From positions 9,238,001-9,302,000 of the forward strand of contig OZ176056.1 of the NCBI GenBank assembly GCA_964247055.1: a stretch of 64,000 nucleotides of DNA, written 5' to 3'. This DNA comes from Paragordius varius. Taxonomy: Eukaryota > Animalia > Nematomorpha. The notes under the pieces are model-generated. The model did not search any database. It saw only the letters and a program-made list of their open reading frames with translations, and was not told where the DNA came from. Every line of letters starts with the position of its first letter. Position 1 is the first letter of the stretch. The position numbers and the translations under genes are program-made. Shown piece after piece: positions 53,801 to 64,000 of this stretch.

Positions 53801-56800
53801 TTTCAACTATTAAACATATATTTTTATCAATTAAATAATTCTTCCAACAATCAAAATATGTTGCCTAATAACTTTTTAGTGTTTTCAACAATCAAACATA
53901 TATTTTTATCAATCAAATAATTTTTCCAACAATCAAAATATGTTGTCCATTAACATTTTAGTGTTTTCAACTATTAAACATATATTTTTATCAATCAAAT
54001 AATTTTTTAAACAATCAAGTTATGTTGCCCAATAACTTTTTAGTGTTTCCAACAATAAAACATATATTTTTATCAATCAAATAATTTTTCCCACAATCAA
54101 AATAGTTGCCTAATAACTTTTTAGTGTTTTCAACAATCAAACATATATTTTTATCAATCAAATAATTTTTCCAACAATCAAAATATGTTGCCCAATAGCT
54201 TTTTAGTGTTTCCAACAATCAAACATATATTTTCAACATTCAAATAATTTTTCCAACAATCAAAATATGTTGCCCAATAACTTTTTAGTGTTTCCAACAA
54301 TCAAACATATATTTTTATCAATCAAATAATTTTTCCAACAATCAAAATATGTTGCCCAATAACTTTTTAGTGTTTCCAACAATCAAACATATATTTTTAT
54401 CAACAAATAATTTTTCCAATAATCAAAATATGTTGCCCAATAACTTTTTAGTGTTTCCAACAATCAAACATATATTTTTATCAATCAAATAATTTTTCCA
54501 ACAATTAAAATATGTTGCCCAATAACATTTTAGTGTTTCCAACAATCAAACATATATTTTTATCAATCAAATAATTTTTCCAACAATCAAAATATGTTGC
54601 CCAATAACTTTTTAGTGTTTCCAACAATCAAACATATATTTTTATCAATCAAATAATTTTTCCAACAATCAAGTTATGTTGCCCAATAACTTTTTAGTGT
54701 TTCCAACAATCAAACATATATTTTATCAATCAAATAATTTTTCCAACAATCAAGTTATGTTGCCCAATAACTTTTTAGTGTTTCCAACAATCAAACATAT
54801 ATTTTTATCAACAAATAATTTTTCCAATAATCAAAATATGTTGCCCAATAACATTTTAGTGTTTCCAACAATCAAACATATATTTTTATCAATCAAATAA
54901 TTTTTCCAACAATCAAAATATGTTGCCCAATAACTTTTTAGTGTTTCCAACAATCACATATATTTTTATCAATCAAATAATTTTTCCAACAATCAAGTTA
55001 TGTTGCCCAATAACTTTTTAGTGTTTCCAACAATCAAACATATATTTTTATCAATCAAATAATTTTTCCAACAATCAAAATATGTTGCCCAATAACTTTT
55101 TAGTGTTTCCAACAATCAAACATATATTTTTATCAACAAATAATTTTTCCAATAATCAAAATATGTTGCCCAATAACATTTTAGTGTTTCCAACAATCAA
55201 ACATATATTTTTATCAATCAAATAATTTTTCCAACAATCAAAATATGTTGCCCAATAACTTTTTAGTGTTTCCAACAATCAAACATATATTTTTATCAAT
55301 CAAATAATTTTTCCAACAATCAAGTTATGTTGCCCAATAACTTTTTAGTGTTTCCAACAATAAAACATATATTTTCAACATTCAAATAATTTTTCCAACA
55401 ATCAAAATATGTTGCCCAATAACTTTTTAGTGTTTCCAACAATCAAACATATATTTTTATCAATCAAATAATTTTTCCAACAATCAAGTTATGTTGCCCA
55501 ATAACTTTTTAGTGTTTCCAACAATCAAACATATATTTTTATCAATCAAATAATTTTTCCAACAATCAAAATTTGTTGCCCAAAATATTTTTAATGTTTC
55601 CAACAATCAAACATATATTTTTATCAATCAAATAATTTTTCCAACAATTAAAATATGTTGCCCAATAACATTTTAGTGTTTCCAACAATCAAACATATAT
55701 TTTTATCAATCAAATAATTTTTCCAACAATCAAGTTATGTTGCCCAATAGCTTTTTAGTGTTTCCAACAATCAAACATATATTTTCAACATTCAAATAAT
55801 TTTTCCAACAATCAAAATATGTTGCCCAATAACTTTTTAGTGTTTCCAACAATCAAACATATATTTTTATCAATCAAATAATTTTTAGAACAATCATAAT
55901 ATGTTGCCCAATAACTTTTTAGTGTTTCCAACAATCAAACATATATTTTCAACATTCAAATAATTTTTCCAATAATCAAAATATGTTGCCCAATAACTTT
56001 ATAGTGTTTCCAACAATCAAACATATATTTTTATCAATCAAATAATTTTTACAACAATCAAAATAAGTTGCCCAATAACTTTTTAGTGTTTCCAACAATC
56101 AAACATATATTTTTATCAATCAAATAATTTTTAGAACAATCAAAATATGTTGCCCAATAACATTTTAGTGTTTCCAACAATCAAACATATATTTTCAATC
56201 AAATAATTTTTCCAACAATCAAGTTATGTTGCCCAATAACTTTTTAGTGTTTCCAACAATAAAACATATATTTTTATCAATCAAATAATTTTTCCAAAAA
56301 TCAAAATATGTTGCCCAATAACTTTTCAGTGTTTCCAACAATCAAACATATATTTTTATCAATCAAATAATTTTTCCAACAATCAAGTTATGTTGCCCAA
56401 TAACTTTTTAGTGTTTCCAACAATAAAACATATATTTTTATCAATCAAATAATTTTTCCAACAATTAAAATATGTTGCCCAATAACTTTTTAGTGTTTCC
56501 AACAATCAAACATATATTTTCAACATTCAAATAATTTTTCCAATAATCAAAATATGTTGCCCAATAACTTTATAGTGTTTCCAACAATCAAACATATATT
56601 TTTATCAATCAAATAATTTTTCCCACAATCAAAATAGTTGCCTAATAACTTTTTAGTGTTTTCAACAATCAAACATATATTTTTATCAATCAAATAATTT
56701 TTCCAACAATCAAAATATGTTGCCTAAAAACTTTTTAGTGTTTCCAACAATCAAACATATATTTTCAATCAAATAATTTTTCCAACAATCAAGATATGTT

Positions 56801-58099
56801 GCCCAATAACTTTTTAGTGTTTCCAACAATCAAACCTATATTTTTATCAATCAAATAATTTTTCCAATAATCAAAATATGTTGCCCAATAACTTTTTAGT
56901 GTTTTCAACAATTAAACATATATTTTTATCAATCAAATAATTTTTCCAACAATCAAAATATGTTGCCCAATAACATTTTAGTGTTTTCAACTATTAAACA
57001 TATATTTTTATAACTTTTTAGTGTTTCCAACAATCAAACATATATTTTTATCAATCAAATAATTTTTACAAAAATCAAAATATATTGCCCAATAACTTTT
57101 TAGTGTTTCCAACAATCAAACATATATTTTCAACATTCAAATAATTTTTCCAACAATCAAAATATGTTGCCCAATAACTTTTTAGTGTTTCCAACAATCA
57201 AACATATATTTTTATCAATCAAATAATTTTTCCAACAATCAAAATATGTTGCCCAATAACATTTTAGTGTTTTCAACTATTAAACATATATTTTTATAAC
57301 TTTTTAGTGTTTCCAACAATCAAACATATATTTTTATCAATCAAATAATTTTTACAAAAATCAAAATATATTGCCCAATAACTTTTTAGTGTTTCCAACA
57401 ATCAAACATATATTTTCAACATTCAAATAATTTTTCCAACAATCAAAATATGTTGCCCAATAACCTTTTAGTGTTTCCAACAATCAAACATATATTTTTA
57501 TCAATCAAATAATTTTTACAAAAATCAAAATATATTGCCCAATAACTTTTTAGTGTTTCCAACAATCAAACATATATTTTTATCAATCAAATAATTTTTC
57601 CAATAATCAAAATATGTTGCCTAATAACTTTTTAGTGTTTCCAACAATCAAACATATATTTTTATCAATCAAATAATTTTTACAACAATCAAAATAAGTT
57701 GCCCAATAACTTTTTAGTGTTTCCAACAATCAAACATATATTTTCAACATTCAAATAATTTTTCCAACAATCAAAATATGTTGCCCAATAACCTTTTAGT
57801 GTTTCCAACAATCAAACATATATTTTTATCAATCAAATAATTTTTACAAAAATCAAAATATATTGCCCAATAACTTTTTAGTGTTTCCAACAATCAAACA
57901 TATATTTTTATCAATCAAATAATTTTTCCAATAATCAAAATATGTTGCCCAATAACTTTTTAGTGTTTCCAACAATCAAACATATATTTTTATCAATCAA
58001 ATAATTTTTACAACAATCAAAATAAGTTGCCCAATAACTTTTTAGTGTTTCCAACAATCAAACATATATTTTCAACATTCAAATAATTTTTCCAACAAT

Positions 58100-61000
58100 C
58101 AAAATATGTTGCCCAATAACTTTTTAGTGTTTCCAACAATCAAACATATATTTTCAACATTCAAATAATTTTTCCAACAATCAAAATATGTTGCCCAATA
58201 ACTTTTTAGTGTTTCCAACAATCAAACATATATTTTTATCAATCAAATAATTTTTCCAATAATCAAAATATGTTGCCTAATAACTTTTTAGTGTTTCCAA
58301 CAATCAAACATATATTTTCAACATTCAAATAATTTTTCCAACAATCAAAATATGTTGCCCAATAACTTTTTAGTGTTTCCAACAATCAAACATATATTTT
58401 TATCAATCAAATAATTTTTCCAATAATCAAAATATGTTGCCTAATAACTTTTTAGTGTTTCCAACAATCAAACATATATTTTTATCAATCAAATAATTTT
58501 TCCAATAATCAAAATATGTTGCCTAATAACTTTTTAGTGTTTCCAACAATCAAACATATATTTTCAACATTCAAATAATTTTTCCAACAATCAAAATATG
58601 TTGCCCAATAACTTTTTAGTGTTTCCAACAATCAAACATATATTTTTATCAATCAAATAATTTTTCCAATAATCAAAATATGTTGCCCAATAACTTTTTA
58701 CTGTTTCCAACAATCAAACATATATTTTCAACATTCAAATAATTTTTCCAACAATCAAAATATGTTGCCCAATAACTTTTTAGTGTTTCCAACAATCAAA
58801 CATATATTTTTATCAATCAAATAATTTTTCCAACAATCAAAATATGTTGCCCAATAACTTTTTAGTGTTTCCAACAATCAAACATATATTTTTATCAATC
58901 AAATAATTTTTCCAATAATCAAAATATGTTGCCCAATAACTTTTTAGTGTTTCCAACAATCAAACATATATTTTTATCAATCAAATAATTTTTCCAACAA
59001 TTAAAATATGTTGCCCAATAACATTTTAGTGTTTCCAACAATCAAACATATATTTTTATCAATCAAATAATTTTTCCAACAATCAAGTTATGTTGCCCAA
59101 TAGCTTTTTAGTGTTTCCAACAATCAAACATATATTTTCAACATTCAAATAATTTTTCCAACAATCAAAATATGTTGCCCAATAACTTTTTAGTGTTTCC
59201 AACAATCAAACATATATTTTTATCAATCAAATAATTTTTCCAAAAATCAAAATATGTTGCCCAATAACTTTTCAGTGTTTCCAACAATCAAACATATATT
59301 TTTATCAATCAAATAATTTTTCCAACAATCAAGTTATGTTGCCCAATAACTTTTTAGTGTTTCCAACAATAAAACATATATTTTTATCAATCAAATAATT
59401 TTTCCAACAATTAAAATATGTTGCCCAATAACATTTTAGTGTTTCCAACAATCAAACATATATTTTTATCAATCAAATAATTTTTCCCACAATCAAAATA
59501 GTTGCCTAATAACTTTTTAGTGTTTTCAACAATCAAACATATATTTTTATCAATCAAATAATTTTTCCAACAATCAAAATATGTTGCCTAAAAACTTTTT
59601 AGTGTTTCCAACAATCAAACATATATTTACAATCAAATAATTTTTCCAACAATCAAGATATGTTGCCCAATAACTTTTTAGTGTTTCCAACAATCAAACC
59701 TATATTTTTATCAATCAAATAATTTTTCCAACAATCAAGTTATGTTGCCCAATAACTTTTTAGTGTTTCCAACAATCAAACATATATTTTTATCAATCAA
59801 ATAATTTTTCCAACAATCAAAATATGTTGCCCAATAACTTTTTAGTGTTTCCAACAATCAAACATATATTTTTATCAATCAAATAATTTTTCCAACAATC
59901 AAAATATGTTGCCCAATAACATTTTAGTGTTTTCAACTATTAAACATATATTTTTATAACTTTTTAGTGTTTCCAACAATCAAACATATATTTTTATCAA
60001 TCAAATAATTTTTACAAAAATCAAGTTATGTTGCCCAATAACTTTTTAGTGTTTCCAACAATCAAACATATATTTTCAACATTCAAATAATTTTTCCAAC
60101 AATCAAAATATGTTGCCCAATAACCTTTTAGTGTTTCCAACAATCAAACATATATTTTTATCAATCAAATAATTTTTACAAAAATCAAAATATATTGCCC
60201 AATAACTTTTTAGTGTTTCCAACAATCAAACATATATTTTTATCAATCAAATAATTTTTACAACAATCAAAATAAGTTGCCCAATAACTTTTCAGTATTT
60301 CCAACAATCAAACATATATTTTCAACATTCAAATAATTTTTCCAACAATCAAAATATGTTGCCCAATAACTTTTTAGTGTTTCGAACAATCAAACATATA
60401 TTTTTATCAATCAAATAATTTTTCTAACAATCAAAATATGTTGCCCAATAACTTTTCAGTATTTCCAACAATCAAACATATATTTTTATCAATCAAATAA
60501 TTTTTCCAACAATCAAAATATGTTGCCCAATAACTTTTTAGTGTTTCCAACAATCAAACATATATTTTTATCAATCAAATAATTTTTCCAACAATCAAAA
60601 TATGTTGCCCAATAACTTTTCAGTATTTCCAACAATCAAACATATATTTTCAACATTCAAATAATTTTTCCAACAATCAAAATATGTTGCCCAATAACTT
60701 TTTAGTGTTTCGAACAATCAAACATATATTTTTATCAATCAAATAATTTTTCTAACAATCAAAATATGTTGCCCAATAACTTTTTAGTGTTTCCAACATT
60801 CAAACATATATTTTTATCAATCAAATAATTTTTCCAACAATCAAAATATGTTGCCTAATAACTTTTTAGTGTTTCCAACAATCAAACATATATTTTTATC
60901 AATCAAATAATTTTTACAACAATCAAAATATGTTGCTTAATAACTTTTTAGTGTTTCCAACAATCAAACATATATTTTTATCAATCTAATTTTTCCAACA

Positions 61001-64000
61001 ATCAAAATATGTTGCCTAATAACTTTTTAGTGTTTCTAACAATCAAACATATATTTTTATCAATCAAATAATTTTTCCAACAATCAAAATATGTTGCCCA
61101 ATAACTTTTTAGTGTTTTCAACAATTAAACATATATTTTTATCAATCAAATAATTTTTCCAACAATCAAAATTTGTTGCCCAAAATATTTTTAATGTTTC
61201 CAACAATCAAACATATATTTTCAACATTCAAATAATTTTTACAACAATCAAAATATGTTGCTTAATAACTTTTTAGTGTTTCCAACAATCAAACATATAT
61301 TTTTATCAATCTAATTTTTCCAACAATCAAAATATGTTGCCTAATAACTTTTTAGTGTTTCGAACAATCAAACATATATTTTTATCAATCAAATAATTTT
61401 TCTAACAATCAAAATATGTTGCCCAATAACTTTTCAGTATTTCCAACATTCAAACATATATTTTTATCAATCAAATAATTTTTCCAACAATCAAAATATG
61501 TTGCCTAATAACTTTTTAGTGTTTCCAACAATCAAACATATATTTTTATCAATCAAATAATTTTTACAACAATCAAAATATGTTGCTTAATAACTTTTTA
61601 GTGTTTCCAACAATCAAACATATATTTTTATCAATCTAATTTTTCCAACAATCAAAATATGTTGCCTAATAACTTTTTAGTGTTTCGAACAATCAAACAT
61701 ATATTTTTATCAATCAAATAATTTTTCTAACAATCAAAATATGTTGCCCAATAACTTTTTAGTGTTTCCAACAATCAAACATATATTTTCAACATTCAAA
61801 TAATTTTTCCAACAATCAAAATATGTTGCCCAATAACTTTTTAGTGTTTCCAACAATCAAACATATATTTTTATCAATCAAATAATTTTTCCAATAATCA
61901 AAATATGTTGCCTAATAACTTTTTAGTGTTTCCAACAATCAAACATATATTTTCAACATTCAAATAATTTTTCCAACAATCAAAATATGTTGCCCAATAA
62001 CTTTTTAGTGTTTCCAACAATCAAACATATATTTTTATCAATCAAATAATTTTTCCAATAATCAAAATATGTTGCCTAATAACTTTTTAGTGTTTCCAAC
62101 AATCAAACATATATTTTTATCAATCAAATAATTTTTCCAATAATCAAAATATGTTGCCTAATAACTTTTTAGTGTTTCCAACAATCAAACATATATTTTC
62201 AACATTCAAATAATTTTTCCAACAATCAAAATATGTTGCCCAATAACTTTTTAGTGTTTCCAACAATCAAACATATATTTTTATCAATCAAATAATTTTT
62301 CCAATAATCAAAATATGTTGCCCAATAACTTTTTACTGTTTCCAACAATCAAACATATATTTTCAACATTCAAATAATTTTTCCAACAATCAAAATATGT
62401 TGCCCAATAACTTTTTAGTGTTTCCAACAATCAAACATATATTTTTATCAATCAAATAATTTTTCCAACAATCAAAATATGTTGCCCAATAACTTTTTAG
62501 TGTTTCCAACAATCAAACATATATTTTTATCAATCAAATAATTTTTCCAATAATCAAAATATGTTGCCCAATAACTTTTTAGTGTTTCCAACAATCAAAC
62601 ATATATTTTTATCAATCAAATAATTTTTCCAACAATTAAAATATGTTGCCCAATAACATTTTAGTGTTTCCAACAATCAAACATATATTTTTATCAATCA
62701 AATAATTTTTCCAACAATCAAGTTATGTTGCCCAATAGCTTTTTAGTGTTTCCAACAATCAAACATATATTTTCAACATTCAAATAATTTTTCCAACAAT
62801 CAAAATATGTTGCCCAATAACTTTTTAGTGTTTCCAACAATCAAACATATATTTTTATCAATCAAATAATTTTTCCAAAAATCAAAATATGTTGCCCAAT
62901 AACTTTTCAGTGTTTCCAACAATCAAACATATATTTTTATCAATCAAATAATTTTTCCAACAATCAAGTTATGTTGCCCAATAACTTTTTAGTGTTTCCA
63001 ACAATAAAACATATATTTTTATCAATCAAATAATTTTTCCAACAATTAAAATATGTTGCCCAATAACATTTTAGTGTTTCCAACAATCAAACATATATTT
63101 TTATCAATCAAATAATTTTTCCCACAATCAAAATAGTTGCCTAATAACTTTTTAGTGTTTTCAACAATCAAACATATATTTTTATCAATCAAATAATTTT
63201 TCCAACAATCAAAATATGTTGCCTAAAAACTTTTTAGTGTTTCCAACAATCAAACATATATTTACAATCAAATAATTTTTCCAACAATCAAGATATGTTG
63301 CCCAATAACTTTTTAGTGTTTCCAACAATCAAACCTATATTTTTATCAATCAAATAATTTTTCCAACAATCAAGTTATGTTGCCCAATAACTTTTTAGTG
63401 TTTCCAACAATCAAACATATATTTTTATCAATCAAATAATTTTTCCAACAATCAAAATATGTTGCCCAATAACTTTTTAGTGTTTCCAACAATCAAACAT
63501 ATATTTTTATCAATCAAATAATTTTTCCAACAATCAAAATATGTTGCCCAATAACATTTTAGTGTTTTCAACTATTAAACATATATTTTTATAACTTTTT
63601 AGTGTTTCCAACAATCAAACATATATTTTTATCAATCAAATAATTTTTACAAAAATCAAGTTATGTTGCCCAATAACTTTTTAGTGTTTCCAACAATCAA
63701 ACATATATTTTCAACATTCAAATAATTTTTCCAACAATCAAAATATGTTGCCCAATAACCTTTTAGTGTTTCCAACAATCAAACATATATTTTTATCAAT
63801 CAAATAATTTTTACAAAAATCAAAATATATTGCCCAATAACTTTTTAGTGTTTCCAACAATCAAACATATATTTTTATCAATCAAATAATTTTTACAACA
63901 ATCAAAATAAGTTGCCCAATAACTTTTCAGTATTTCCAACAATCAAACATATATTTTCAACATTCAAATAATTTTTCCAACAATCAAAATATGTTGCCCA
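58100..64000. repeat. 3,635-bp period duplication (58100-60365 repeated at 61735-64000, running off the window)
   Basis: Markers offset by 3635: 58701/62336, 59699/63334, 59956/63591, 60293/63928. Confidence 0.92.

Larger units (their letters stand above)
27093..64000. repeat. 82-bp satellite tandem array, right arm (~450 monomers; continues beyond window end)
   Basis: Same monomer and orientation as the left arm. It resumes in register (TCAAACATAT at 27093) exactly where the left arm was interrupted (TTTCCAATAA ending at 24530). Confidence 0.99.

Noticed and set aside
401-54900. All 13 ORFs in the track (61-101 aa, N/F/Q/I-rich)
   Set aside because: Each lies wholly in satellite and is a translation of monomers where small indels happen to bypass the periodic stops. 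Identical peptides recur with the HORs, and no domain is recognisable.
1-64000. CRISPR array
   Set aside because: There are no unique spacers; the whole 82-bp unit is repeated, and no cas genes are present.

Overview
Eukaryotic-style, gene-free satellite DNA. About 96% of the window is one head-to-tail array of roughly 750 copies of an 82-bp, ~23% GC monomer (consensus CCCAATAACTTTTTAGTGTTTCCAACAATCAAACATATATTTTTATCAATCAAATAATTTTTCCAACAATCAAAATATGTTG), all in one orientation. The array is divided into variant-defined domains with dimer, 6-, 8-, 11- and 16-mer higher-order repeats and several 2.4-3.6 kb recent duplications. The only interruption is a 2,559-bp non-autonomous DNA transposon at 24531-27089. 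It has CACTG...CAGTG ends, a TAA target duplication and ~350-370 bp terminal inverted repeats, which fits the CMC superfamily (Chapaev3/CACTG-like). It carries two direct-orientation copies of a ~570-bp TTAA-flanked piggyBac-like MITE around a 526-bp very AT-rich spacer. No protein-coding gene, RNA gene or CRISPR array is supported; all listed ORFs are chance frames in the satellite. Offsets were counted by hand from rare variants, and identities are by-eye estimates.
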